IMG/VR virus record: IMGVR_UViG_3300005918_000016
Direction: 5' to 3' (one strand)
From: a virus
Taxonomy: Duplodnaviria > Heunggongvirae > Uroviricota > Caudoviricetes
DNA length: 64,000 bases
A program made the position numbers and the translations under genes. Each line of letters opens with the position of its first letter. The first letter of the stretch is position 1. Below the pieces are notes generated by a model that was not told the origin of the DNA, searched no databases, and saw only the letters and a program-made list of their open reading frames with translations. Below, piece after piece: positions 1 to 8,700 of the stretch.

Positions 1-1112
1 GTCGCATCCTCTAACAAAGGATGCGTGGATTGAAACGTTACTGCCCGCATGACACCCCGGATGAGATCACCAGTCGCATCCTCTAACAAAGGATGCGTGG
101 ATTGAAACACTGTGGACCTGGCGGGGAAGAAGCCGACCTATGGTGGTGTCGCATCCTCTAACAAAGGATGCGTGGATTGAAACTTTCAAACAGCGACCCA
201 GTCGAGTGCGACTTGGTGGGTGTCGCATCCTCTAACAAAGGATGCGTGGATTGAAACAAGTGCCTCGCCGTCAAGGATCCAGAGGGGAAGCTGAAGTCGC
301 ATCCTCTAACAAAGGATGCGTGGATTGAAACAGGCCCACAGAACGGCTCCCACGGCCTGGGGACGCCGTGTCGCATCCTCTAACAAAGGATGCGTGGATT
401 GAAACGCTCAGAGGACTGCTCGACGGGACAAGACGGTCTTCCTCGTCGCATCCTCTAACAAAGGATGCGTGGATTGAAACTCGAAGTTGGGCGAAATCCA
501 GGAATGACGGTCACAAGTCGCATCCTCTAACAAAGGATGCGTGGATTGAAACAATCCGATGACACTTCCCTTTCCTGTCCGCCCTTGGAGCGTCGCATCC
601 TCTAACAAAGGGTGCGTGGATTGAAACGAGATCCCCCTTGCGACTCCCGCCCTGAAGGCGCTGGCGAAGTCGCATCCTCTAACAAAGGGTGCGTGGATTG
701 AAACGTAAGCGAACTCCACCCCTGGTCCGTGGGTGACCGGTCGCATCCTCTAACAAAGGGTGCGTGGATTGAAACGCAGTGAGCCAGCGCCCCACGAGCC
801 ATGCCTGCCTTACTGTCGCATCCTCTGAAAAAAGGATGCGTGGATTGAAACTAAATCCGATTTACGGGGAACTGGCTGGTCGGCTCACGTCGCATCCTCT
901 AACAAGGGGTGCGTGGATTGAAACGCTGATTCGGACTGATCCCTGAGAAGGCGCAACCCTGCCGTCGTACCATCTAACAAGGGGATGCGTGGATTGAAAC
1001 GAAACCGCAGCGAGGCAGAAGGGGTCACTCCCTCACGGGTGTGTGGATTGAAACATTAGGGTAGTAAGTGTAGACAACCTCGTCGTTCCCATGAGGGGGC
1101 GTGGATTGAAAC
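1..1112 (+). CRISPR. CRISPR array, 16 repeat units (13 intact 36-37 nt units plus 3 degenerate terminal units at 964-1000, ~1024-1054 and 1082-1112); spacers 35-41 nt
   Basis: Direct repeat GTCGCATCCTCTAACAAAGGATGCGTGGATTGAAAC begins at 1, 73, 148, 222, 296, 370, 445, 517, 592, 669, 740, 815 and 889. Palindromic core GCATCCT..AGGATGC. First repeat sits at the window edge, so the array probably continues upstream. Repeats decay toward 1112, the likely trailer end. Confidence 0.95.
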
Positions 1113-1195
1113 ATCGGTGATCCAGTTATACTCCCGATCCAGGCACGCCCCTTCCCCTAGAACGGAGTAGACAAGGGGCCTGAAAGGAGGTTCAA

Positions 1196-2095
1196 ATGAT
1201 GACGCTTTGGATGAAACTGGCGGTCTTAGCCGTCCTGGGGACAACGACCCCGGAGCAGACCACCCACCCTGCATATACCCCGTACTCTTACGACCAGACC
1301 CTCACTGCAGTGGCGGAGACCATCACAGCGGAAGAGGCTGAGTTGATCCTCACCGTTGACGTGGAGGAGGAGATCAACTACTGGATGATCAAGGAGCACT
1401 TCGGGTTCGATGACACCGTAATAGAGGACATCCTACATGTGGCCTTGCACACGGCAGAGGAGCCGATGCTCATCGCCCACATTGTTTCCACGGAAAGCGG
1501 TGGGGACCGTGACGTCATCAACTACTGTAAGGTGTGGGGTGAGCCCTTCTACAACGAGAGCAAAGAACGCTGGGAGAAGAAGTGCGTCAAGCTCGGCTCC
1601 TGCTACACGAACTGCCGGAAAAAGCGGCATGTTTGGAGGAACCACCTCGACGTCGGTCTGTATCAGCTTCGGGACGTGGTCGAGCGGGTCGGTGGCCCTG
1701 AGGACTCCAAGCGGTTCTGCGGGTGGTCCTGGTTGCGAGACTTTGAACGGGACACGGGTCGGGATGTGTCCTCTGAGTGCGCCCTGGAGCGTTTCTGTGC
1801 CCGTGACGCAATGATCCACGCCGTACACACCCTCCGGGAGGAACAGCTTGCAGCGGCCCACAGGGGCGTTGGTAAGGCCAACTGCCGGGGTCTCCCTGAC
1901 GAATGGAAGTGGATGGGCCTGTGGAACGGTTGCAAGAGCGCCAGGAACCATGCAGACCACACTGCTCCCCTGGTTGAGATGCGGGACTTCCACGTCCGTC
2001 TGACGATGTTGCGGTACCGTATTGATGAGATTGCCGAGAAATGGCCGCTCTTGGGCTACCTCATTGTGCCCCTGAAAGGACAAAAGGTAGTTTGA
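1196..2095 (+). CDS. secreted SLT-like (lytic transglycosylase-like) protein
   Basis: RBS AGGAGG 8 nt upstream of ATG. N-terminal hydrophobic signal-like segment. ESGG and GLYQL motifs resemble SLT-domain E-S and GLMQ motifs. GAGTAG box at 1165. Confidence 0.5.
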   Translation: MMTLWMKLAVLAVLGTTTPEQTTHPAYTPYSYDQTLTAVAETITAEEAELILTVDVEEEINYWMIKEHFGFDDTVIEDILHVALHTAEEPMLIAHIVSTESGGDRDVINYCKVWGEPFYNESKERWEKKCVKLGSCYTNCRKKRHVWRNHLDVGLYQLRDVVERVGGPEDSKRFCGWSWLRDFERDTGRDVSSECALERFCARDAMIHAVHTLREEQLAAAHRGVGKANCRGLPDEWKWMGLWNGCKSARNHADHTAPLVEMRDFHVRLTMLRYRIDEIAEKWPLLGYLIVPLKGQKVV

Positions 2096-2124
2096 AGCAG
2101 GGCAGACGCAATATAAAGAGTCGA

Positions 2125-2148
2125 GTCGTATCCTTTGACAAAGGGTAC
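2125..2148 (+). repeat. 5' portion of a CRISPR-repeat-like unit (GTCGTATCCTTTGACAAAGGGTAC) interrupted by a mini-IS
   Basis: Matches repeat positions 1-24 with point changes. Separated from the 3' portion at 2497-2510 by the inserted element. Confidence 0.6.
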
Positions 2149-2496
2149 TTGACAGTGCCCTTCATACCTGCTAAAGTCTAACTGTTCCTGCTTGAAACAG
2201 GGAGCTGTTGCGGCAGGAAAGCTCATGCTGATTGGGTAGGAGGTTCTGGTGTGCCCAGATGTTCTGGGGACGAACGCATCAAAACTAACGATCATCCGAG
2301 AGGCATAAAACGAGTGCTAAGAGAGCGATTCCGTGTTAAACGGACCAGTTCCTTGGGATTCGGACGGAAGGAGCAACCGTCATTCGAGCCCTTACCGTTG
2401 GGCCGGAAGTTTACTACCGAGGTACTTGGGACACCAAGATTCGGCACAGCTTCAAACTTGATGCCTGTTACATTTTAGCAGGTTTTAAGGAACGGT
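2143..2496 (+). mobile_element. MITE-like deletion derivative of a TnpB (IS200/605/607-type) element: left end fused to the last ~280 nt (tnpB 3' end, omegaRNA, right end)
   Basis: Left end GGGTACTTGACAGTGCCC...CTTGAAACAGG is shared with the full copy at 55573-55646. Internal junction at 2216/2217 joins the left end directly to tnpB codons (CGRKAHADWVGSAG). Right end terminates ...GGTTTTAAGGAACGGT, as in all four copies. Confidence 0.7.
2217..2496 (+). ncRNA. omegaRNA (reRNA)-like scaffold of TnpB element, orphan copy
   Basis: About 280-nt block conserved in four copies (2217-2496, 19520-19800 minus, 35221-35506, 54133-54430 minus). It overlaps the tnpB 3' end and reaches the right end, which is the expected omegaRNA position. 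Confidence 0.55.
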
Positions 2497-2510
2497 ATGT
2501 GGATTGAAAC
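2497..2510 (+). repeat. 3' portion of the interrupted CRISPR-repeat-like unit (ATGTGGATTGAAAC)
   Basis: Identical to the repeat 3' handle GTGGATTGAAAC immediately after the mini-IS right end. Confidence 0.6.
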
Positions 2511-2628
2511 ACGATGTTGATGTTCCACCTTGATGACCTGACTCAGGAGTGGCCGCTCAGGGGGCTGGATCAACGCTCCTAAAAGTCGGGGCCTTGTGGT
2601 TGTGCGTTTTTGACGGTTAGGAGAACGG

Positions 2629-2895
2629 CTACGCAGCCACTTTCTTTTTAGCGACCTCTTCCTTACCGAACGTCAGGGAATGGGCCTCGATGATCTCCAC
2701 GATCCGGGTACCCTCAGCGATGCGGAGCACTTCCAGCTTCTCGGGGGTGGCTTCCTTCCGGGTCACGTTGAGGACACGCTTGGTGCCACCGTAACCGGGG
2801 ACCGAGATGGTCACCTCCTGATAATCCTCCGACCAGCGGTACGGACCCTTGGTGTAGGAATGACCCTTGGTGATTACGGGTGTAGACTTCGTCAT
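2629..2895 (-). CDS. hypothetical protein (88 aa)
   Basis: ORF in a minus-strand island; no recognisable domain. Confidence 0.35.
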   Translation of the reverse strand: MTKSTPVITKGHSYTKGPYRWSEDYQEVTISVPGYGGTKRVLNVTRKEATPEKLEVLRIAEGTRIVEIIEAHSLTFGKEEVAKKKVAA

Positions 2896-3139
2896 GATAT
2901 CGCTCCTGTTCGGTTTTCAGTTCGTTCAGTACTCTTCTTCAAACTCGACGCTGAGGACTTCCTAGCGTGGCACTCGCATATTGGCCACAAGTTTAAGTCC
3001 AAGTTTCTTGAGGGCCAATATGCGCCTTTTCGTATTCCGCAAGGAAGCGGCGTGAACTATAGCCCCCCCAGTGAGGGGTCTTTACTCATCCTAGCTCTAA
3101 GTCCACTAGAAATACAATCGGCCATATTCTTCTCCTCAA

Positions 3140-3373
3140 CTACAGTGCCCTGGACGGAACGGGAAGCGTCTCTGCGCTGCCGTTTTCCTGCACAGGCACG
3201 CAATTGACACAGAGGATTACCCCGATGGAGTCCCCTTCCCGAATCTCACATTCAGCTTCGCCACACTCCTCATCATCAAACTCGTCGCTATTCCACTCAT
3301 GATGTCCGAAGTGGGGACAAGTGTTGGGGTAAGGACACCGAGGATCTGTAGCATGACTACAAATATATTTCAT
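3140..3373 (-). CDS. Cys-rich small hypothetical protein
   Basis: GGAGG 7 nt upstream of the ATG at 3373 (minus strand). Multiple CxxC-like Cys pairs. Confidence 0.4.
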   Translation of the reverse strand: MKYICSHATDPRCPYPNTCPHFGHHEWNSDEFDDEECGEAECEIREGDSIGVILCVNCVPVQENGSAETLPVPSRAL

Positions 3374-3424
3374 GTGGCCTCCGTGGGGTCTTCGGGAAGA
3401 GGTGTCCAGTGGGTCCACCCCTCA

Positions 3425-4012
3425 TCATTTGTTTTCTTCCGCCAGGAGCAACTCCTGGACCCGCTGGATTTCCTCGGTGGTGTGTATGGTGCCACCGCTG
3501 TTCAGCCGCAGGTAGAACCGCAGCCGCTCTTTACGGGAAAGGTCCACAAACGAAACATGGACATTGGGTAACCGACGCACATCCCGCAGTGACAGGTCAC
3601 GGAACCAGAACGCCTTCCCGTCGTCCATCTCCGCTGGGATCACCCCTTCTAGCCAACGGAGCGTCGCCCGGATCCTCTGTTGTCCGTCGATCACCTCAGC
3701 CGCTGCGTCCAGCCAGGACACCCCCTCTGGAAGATTCTCGTCCGTCTCGTACCTCTGGATGTATATCGGCGGAACCGGACCACCTGTGATCAGGTGCCCT
3801 ATGAAGCGGGACGCCTGCGAGTCCGTCCAGACCAGCCCCCTCTGATAGTCTGGGTTCAGGTCCCAAGGGACCTTGTTTTTCCGCCCAATCGCCCGAACCT
3901 CCTCCAGCAGGAAGTCTAGGGGAAAGTCTAACTGACCAGTTGGCAAGGGCCAGTCCTGGTAGCTACGCAGGGTCGAGTCCACTTCCGGCCTGTTTTTGAC
4001 ATTGCTTCCCAT
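3425..4012 (-). CDS. DUF262 / ParB-like nuclease domain protein (DGQQR motif)
   Basis: DYQRGLVW...IDGQQRIRATLRWL matches the DUF262 signature. Start MGSNVKNRP is preceded on the minus strand by the GAGTAG box, the UTR hairpin and GAGGAG. Confidence 0.65.
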   Translation of the reverse strand: MGSNVKNRPEVDSTLRSYQDWPLPTGQLDFPLDFLLEEVRAIGRKNKVPWDLNPDYQRGLVWTDSQASRFIGHLITGGPVPPIYIQRYETDENLPEGVSWLDAAAEVIDGQQRIRATLRWLEGVIPAEMDDGKAFWFRDLSLRDVRRLPNVHVSFVDLSRKERLRFYLRLNSGGTIHTTEEIQRVQELLLAEENK

Positions 4013-4062
4013 CGTTTCATTCTCCTCAGGGGTCATTTGCCCCTCACTTACTCTACTCAGCG

Positions 4063-4090
4063 GGGTCAGCAGATGATCCCATTGCACGTA
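4063..4090 (-). promoter_or_regulatory. GGGATCATC-N13-GAGTAG promoter-like motif (minus-strand instance) with UTR hairpin at 4028-4045
   Basis: Plus strand reads CTACTC-N13-GATGATCCC; exact 13-nt spacer. Lies upstream of the DUF262 gene start at 4012. Confidence 0.55.
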
Positions 4091-4148
4091 AGGATCTAAG
4101 GAAGGTGTGTCCGAAACGGCCCTTGAGCAAAGACCCCCAGAACTTTTG

Positions 4149-4176
4149 TTGATCATCTCAGATTCCGTTGGAGTAG
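4149..4176 (+). promoter_or_regulatory. TTGATCATC-N13-GAGTAG promoter-like motif
   Basis: Exact 13-nt spacing. Hairpin CGGGGTGGACCCCCG and AAGGAG follow; ATG at 4237. Confidence 0.5.
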
Positions 4177-4236
4177 TGTGGGTAGCCTGAGGAAGGCTCA
4201 CTAACATCGGGGTGGACCCCCGAGAAGGAGAATGGG

Positions 4237-6150
4237 ATGGGGTTTCTTATCTGGATCCTGATGCTTACGGGCATCGGAGCGGTCGGTCTCGGCGTCTGGC
4301 TCATCGCAAGACGCAAAATCTGGATGCTGAAGACGTGGCGAAAGGTCACCCGCAAGGTCACGGACAAGGTCCAGATGATGGACCAACGGGTGACACAGAC
4401 AGACTTCGACGCTCAGGTGCAGGTCGAGATGGACGCTGCGGAGGCGAACGTACCGAAGGGCTTGGGCTTGTTGAGCATCCCGCTCTTCCTGTACGCCCTG
4501 TTGGCCATTTTCTTCAGTTCCATGATGGTGGACGTGCCGCAATCCGGGTTCATGGAACTGGAGCGGAACTTCGGTGGGGCTTCGATGCCCGCAGGCCAGA
4601 TCATCGCTACACAAGGCGAGAACGGCCCCCAGGCAGCGCTGCTGTCCCCCGGTCTCAAGTGGGTCATGCCCTTCATGTACTCCACGAATGAACGGGAGCC
4701 TGTGGTTATCCCGGACGGGATGATCGGCGTGATCACCACCAAGGCGGGCAAGTCCATGCCGGAGGGAATGATCTACGGCCCCAAGTTCACGGACTTCGAC
4801 GGTTTCCTCGACGCCCAGGTCTTCCTGGATCATGAGGACGGGTACAAGGGCCAACAGGTGACAGTGGCCCTGCCGGGAACGTGGAAGTTCCACTCAGGGG
4901 TGTACTCGATGACAGAGGCACCTATGACCAACGTGGAGATGGGCCATGTGATGGTCGTGAAGGCCAACTACGGCGATGTGCCCGAGGAGCGGGCAACCAT
5001 CGAGATCACGGATCTCGTGGAGAAGGAGATTGCCCTGTCCAAGGATGAACTGGAAGCGGCATATCTGGAGGCGGAAGACGCCGAGCAGCGACGGCTGCTG
5101 GCTGCGGGGGTGGCGGAGAAGGACATCAGGATCGACCGCAAGAGCTTGAAGGTGCGAAAGACCAAGATCGTGCTGGTGGAGGTCAAACGGAAGATCCCCG
5201 ACCCGCTGGTCGATGTGGGTGAGGCGGGCATCTGGCGTGATGCGCTGGTCCCCAACAAGTATCCAATGCATCCGTTCGCCCACGAGATGACGGATATCAA
5301 TACGATGCGCCTGCGAATCTCCTACACTCCGCCTGGTGAGGAAGGGGAAGACGACGGGCGGGTCATCGTCCGTAGCAAGGATGGGTACGAGTTCCCGATG
5401 GACATACGCATTGTGTACCATGTGGAACCAATGAACGCCCCTTGGGTCCGTGCAATGGTAGGTGACGACGAGAAGATCGGGGATGTCGTGATGACCCCTA
5501 CGGTCCTCTCAATCTCCCGTGTGCTGGCAGGTCGGTCCAACGTGCTGGACTTCTTCGCAGACCTGGAGGTCCGGCAGAAGGACGCTAAGGATCTCATCGC
5601 CAAGAAGTGCGCCGTGTACGGTGTGACGGTCGATGAGGTACTCATCGGGCGTGTGGGCGACGAGGCTTCCCTGGGTGAACTGATGAAAACCCAGCGGGAC
5701 CGTGAGATCGCCGTGCAGCAGCAGGTCACCTTCGCCGTACAGCAGAAGGCAGCGGAACAGCAGAAGCGGCTGAACAAGACGATGCAGGAGGCGGAGGAGG
5801 AGAAGAAGCTCGCCGCCGCTGCGTATCAGGCCCAGGTCGCCGTACAAAACAAGAAGAAGACCATCACCGACGCTGAGGCCGCTGCCGAGAAGGTGACGAT
5901 TGCAGCCACGGCTGAAGCCGAGCGGATCTTCAAGATCAAGAAGGCGGAAGCGGACGGCTACACCCTGAAGGTTGCCGCCCTTGGTCCCCAGGGGGTGGCA
6001 ATGCTGGAAGCCTTCCTGATCATCTCCGAGGGCAAGATCAAGATCACCCCGAACGTCGCAGTCAGCGGCGGAGGTGCCAACGGGGGCAACAACGCCTTCG
6101 AGGCACTGATGGCCATGATGCTCCAAGAGAAGGCCGGACCCGCCAATTAG
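4237..6150 (+). CDS. SPFH/band-7 flotillin-like membrane protein
   Basis: N-terminal TM helix. Long Ala/Glu/Lys/Gln-rich coiled-coil tail (AEAERIFKIKKAEADGY) typical of the flotillin C-terminus. Confidence 0.55.
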   Translation: MGFLIWILMLTGIGAVGLGVWLIARRKIWMLKTWRKVTRKVTDKVQMMDQRVTQTDFDAQVQVEMDAAEANVPKGLGLLSIPLFLYALLAIFFSSMMVDVPQSGFMELERNFGGASMPAGQIIATQGENGPQAALLSPGLKWVMPFMYSTNEREPVVIPDGMIGVITTKAGKSMPEGMIYGPKFTDFDGFLDAQVFLDHEDGYKGQQVTVALPGTWKFHSGVYSMTEAPMTNVEMGHVMVVKANYGDVPEERATIEITDLVEKEIALSKDELEAAYLEAEDAEQRRLLAAGVAEKDIRIDRKSLKVRKTKIVLVEVKRKIPDPLVDVGEAGIWRDALVPNKYPMHPFAHEMTDINTMRLRISYTPPGEEGEDDGRVIVRSKDGYEFPMDIRIVYHVEPMNAPWVRAMVGDDEKIGDVVMTPTVLSISRVLAGRSNVLDFFADLEVRQKDAKDLIAKKCAVYGVTVDEVLIGRVGDEASLGELMKTQRDREIAVQQQVTFAVQQKAAEQQKRLNKTMQEAEEEKKLAAAAYQAQVAVQNKKKTITDAEAAAEKVTIAATAEAERIFKIKKAEADGYTLKVAALGPQGVAMLEAFLIISEGKIKITPNVAVSGGGANGGNNAFEALMAMMLQEKAGPAN

Positions 6151-6158
6151 TCCCCTGC

Positions 6159-6185
6159 TGCCCCCTTCCCTACGGGGAGGGGGCG
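6159..6185 (+). terminator. GC-rich hairpin after the flotillin gene (possible intrinsic terminator without U-tract)
   Basis: CCCCCTTCCC-TAC-GGGGAGGGGG inverted repeat 10 nt after the stop codon. Confidence 0.3.
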
Positions 6186-6208
6186 GTCCCTGGTCAAGGA
6201 GACCCCTC

Positions 6209-6772
6209 ATGAGCCTCACACTAGAAGACCTCCAAGATCACAAGAAGGTCAGTTGGGATACCTTCCGTTCGGTGCCGCTCGGGTTGCACGAAGGGGAGGA
6301 ACTGGAGATCCGGTTCCTGCTGAACAAGGCTGGGGAGCACAAAATCGGCCTGTTTGACCCACGGCGCCACTGGTGGTCGGTGTGCTCATCCACTACGGAG
6401 GAAGCGGACGCAGTTGTCAGCTTCAACGCCATCCTTGGTGCCGTCCCTACCCCGCTGCAAAGGAAAACCATCACCTTCCAGTCTGAGGGGGACAGCAAAC
6501 CGGATTTCGAAAAGGGTGAGGATGAGGTCGTCAACTACCACCTCACCCTGTACGGCATGTTCGTTGGCAATCTCCGAGTCGGCAAATTCCAGGGTCAGGT
6601 AGAGCACTACGACACGATACTCTTCCCCGAATCAGCGCAGGACGATGCCGCCTATCAGATGCAGTACGGACAGCTTGTGCTCGCCTGTTACGAGTTCGTG
6701 CGGGGCCTCTACGACGCCCACGCTGCCGCTGCCCTTAGCCCCGTGGGATCATCTCCGGCACCCACAGAGTAG
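6209..6772 (+). CDS. hypothetical protein; C-terminus GSSPAPTE overlaps the promoter motif
   Basis: AAGGAG RBS. Stop TAG is the last 3 nt of GAGTAG. Confidence 0.5.
   Translation: MSLTLEDLQDHKKVSWDTFRSVPLGLHEGEELEIRFLLNKAGEHKIGLFDPRRHWWSVCSSTTEEADAVVSFNAILGAVPTPLQRKTITFQSEGDSKPDFEKGEDEVVNYHLTLYGMFVGNLRVGKFQGQVEHYDTILFPESAQDDAAYQMQYGQLVLACYEFVRGLYDAHAAAALSPVGSSPAPTE
6745..6772 (+). promoter_or_regulatory. GGGATCATC-N13-GAGTAG motif
   Basis: Exact consensus; GGAGGTG RBS and ATG at 6795 follow. Confidence 0.55.
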
Positions 6773-6794
6773 ACAGGGTGTATGGAGGTGGCAA

Positions 6795-6995
6795 ATGACC
6801 ACAGAACAGAGTCAGGCACTTCAAGGCGTACAGGGAAAAGTCATCAAAGACATAAAAGTCGGGGAGATGACCTCTTGGTGTGACAGCGGCGAGGTCCAGA
6901 TCCGGTGCAGCGACGGAACGATCATTCGGATCAGTACCATTGCCGATGCCGAGGACAACAGAGCCTTCCTCGCACTGTCCGTCACCGTGCGGTAG
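6795..6995 (+). CDS. hypothetical small protein (66 aa)
   Basis: Motif plus RBS upstream. Confidence 0.45.
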   Translation: MTTEQSQALQGVQGKVIKDIKVGEMTSWCDSGEVQIRCSDGTIIRISTIADAEDNRAFLALSVTVR

Positions 6996-7445
6996 TTGGG
7001 ACTCCGACAACCACCGGGGGTTATCATCGAAGCCCCACGTCCGTCCCTGTGCCTGCACCCGGACGATCATCCTTTATGGGAAACAATGGAACGGCTGGCT
7101 TGGGTTCTTGCGAACAGTCACGGTCTACCCCTCCATTTTGTAGAACCCAAACGTAGACCCCTGTCCGATGGAGCAGCGGGAGTATGCTATTGCCACGAGA
7201 GGCGTATTGCAATCCGGCTCCGGTGTAAGGATCGTGTAGAAGACGGCGGGGGGTGGTGGTCGAAGCCAGACCCCTGGGATCAGATCGTATTGACGGTTGC
7301 CCATGAGGTTGCCCACCTCCGACATCCCAATCACGGAGCAGACTTCAAGGACCTGGAACAACGCCTGTACCGAGAAGCTCAGGAACTGCTAGGGTGTTGG
7401 GATCATCCCCGGCACCCACAGAGTAGACAGGGTGAGGGGGAATGA
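6996..7445 (+). CDS. SprT-like zinc metallopeptidase (HEVAHLRHPNH); the true start is probably the ATG at 7086
   Basis: HExxH...H motif as in SprT/WLM-type domains. Confidence 0.5.
   Translation: MGLRQPPGVIIEAPRPSLCLHPDDHPLWETMERLAWVLANSHGLPLHFVEPKRRPLSDGAAGVCYCHERRIAIRLRCKDRVEDGGGWWSKPDPWDQIVLTVAHEVAHLRHPNHGADFKDLEQRLYREAQELLGCWDHPRHPQSRQGEGE
7399..7426 (+). promoter_or_regulatory. GGGATCATC-N13-GAGTAG motif with hairpin 7436-7450
   Basis: Exact consensus; GAGGAGG RBS; ATG at 7465. Confidence 0.55.
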
Positions 7446-7464
7446 CCCCCGAGGAGGATCTTAA

Positions 7465-8040
7465 ATGAGTGGCTACCCCACACGATATACTGCAGAAGGT
7501 TGTGACAGCCAATGTGTGTACCGTTCCTGTATGTGGCCGGGTGAGGACAAGGGGATCCTTGCCCAGGGCCGGGGCTACACTCGTTATCACAAGAAACCGC
7601 TCCCCGTCTGTATGCAGAGACATCTTCATGGGTGCCCCTATCTGAAACCCAAACCAGACGTTGAGAACGCCCGATGTTGTTACGCACCCAATTACAAACG
7701 TAAGGGCAAGGCTCCCTCAGGATGGCGTACCTGTGAGACCTGCGGAACAATGGTCCCCCTTCAGGTGGCCAAAGCACTTAACAACCTCCCAAAACGGGAT
7801 GGCGTTCCTTGCCTACATGAACAGGTAGAACCGTCCATCATAACTGGTTGGTTTGAGTGCCCCTCTTGTCGTTACAAGCATAAGGGTGTTTTCGATCATC
7901 GGCCTCTCCCCTTTGAGAAACCGAACAAAACACTGCAAGAACTGTATGACACCCTGGAGGTGCGACTTAACCAAACCGCAGAGAGTGAAATGACTCTTGA
8001 AGGCGGATCGGCGGGATCATCTCCCCGACCCACAGAGTAG
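7465..8040 (+). CDS. Cys-rich hypothetical protein; C-terminus GSSPRPTE
   Basis: Several CxxC pairs. Stop sits inside the next GAGTAG box. Confidence 0.5.
   Translation: MSGYPTRYTAEGCDSQCVYRSCMWPGEDKGILAQGRGYTRYHKKPLPVCMQRHLHGCPYLKPKPDVENARCCYAPNYKRKGKAPSGWRTCETCGTMVPLQVAKALNNLPKRDGVPCLHEQVEPSIITGWFECPSCRYKHKGVFDHRPLPFEKPNKTLQELYDTLEVRLNQTAESEMTLEGGSAGSSPRPTE
8013..8040 (+). promoter_or_regulatory. GGGATCATC-N13-GAGTAG motif with hairpin 8049-8065
   Basis: Exact consensus; GGGAGG; ATG at 8077. Confidence 0.55.
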
Positions 8041-8076
8041 TTAAGGTGAGGGGCAAATGACCCCTGGGAGGATGCG

Positions 8077-8331
8077 ATGACCCTGGAGCAACTGTTTGAC
8101 AAGCATGGGAACTGCCCGACCATGGGCGACCCCTACCGGAACAGCAACCCAACCACGGATCTGCTGTTCGATGAGTACGGGGATGTGCTGCCCACGGCCC
8201 TGGCCTTCCTGAGGCGGCTTGTTCAGGAACGGAAGGTGAAGCCGATGTGCGACGCCATCACGATCCTGATGGCTGACCGCTTCGCCTGCAACACGAAGTG
8301 CAACTATAACGCCATCACAATGTGGCGCTAG
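8077..8331 (+). CDS. hypothetical protein (84 aa)
   Basis: Motif plus RBS upstream. Confidence 0.45.
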   Translation: MTLEQLFDKHGNCPTMGDPYRNSNPTTDLLFDEYGDVLPTALAFLRRLVQERKVKPMCDAITILMADRFACNTKCNYNAITMWR

Positions 8332-8439
8332 GAGACCCAATGACGTTCCACAGTGGCATGACCCTGTTGTGCGCTGGGATGGCGGTTGCGGGCTTCGCCA
8401 CCCTGATCATCGGCAACTACCTGGAGAAGGGAGGCTGAT

Positions 8440-8664
8440 ATGACCTGTGTCTTTTGTGGACGGCTGCGTGAGATGGTTCGTCAGCGTAAACTCAAGGAAC
8501 TGGAGCAGCGGGGGCGGACCCCGGACAGGGACTTCGAGGACTACGTCGACAACGAGATGAAGGAGTTGGCCGAGAAGCTCACCTCCATCCTGGACCCGGA
8601 CGGGCCGTGGGTCCGCATGGCGGATCTGCCCAACGGGAGCGCCGACGACGGCGGTGACTACTAG
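8440..8664 (+). CDS. hypothetical protein (74 aa)
   Basis: GGGAGG RBS. Confidence 0.4.
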   Translation: MTCVFCGRLREMVRQRKLKELEQRGRTPDRDFEDYVDNEMKELAEKLTSILDPDGPWVRMADLPNGSADDGGDY

Positions 8665-8700
8665 GGACATGTGGTCAACTTCTCAAAACCAGGAGTCCTG

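Noticed and set aside
158-802. Track ORFs 158-376, 368-562, 408-746 and 602-802 containing the FQSTHPLLEDAT / SHPLTKDAWIET peptide repeats
   Set aside because: They are translations of the CRISPR repeat in several frames; the periodic repeated peptides are the give-away.
2125-2148. Apparent compensatory hairpin (GTATCCTTT/AAAGGGTAC) in the 5' fragment of the split repeat
   Set aside because: GGGTAC is also found immediately 5' of the left end in the other two copies (19868-19873, 55641-55646). It probably belongs to the element end, so the apparent restoration of the repeat stem may be coincidental. I kept it as uncertain in the finding.
2251-2478. 75-aa ORFs MPRCSG(D/N)E...GTASNLMPVTF at 2251-2478 and 19538-19765
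   Set aside because: The sequence is the conserved tnpB 3' end/omegaRNA/right-end block, present 4 times and in-frame with tnpB only in the full copies. In the mini-elements it is a non-coding remnant.
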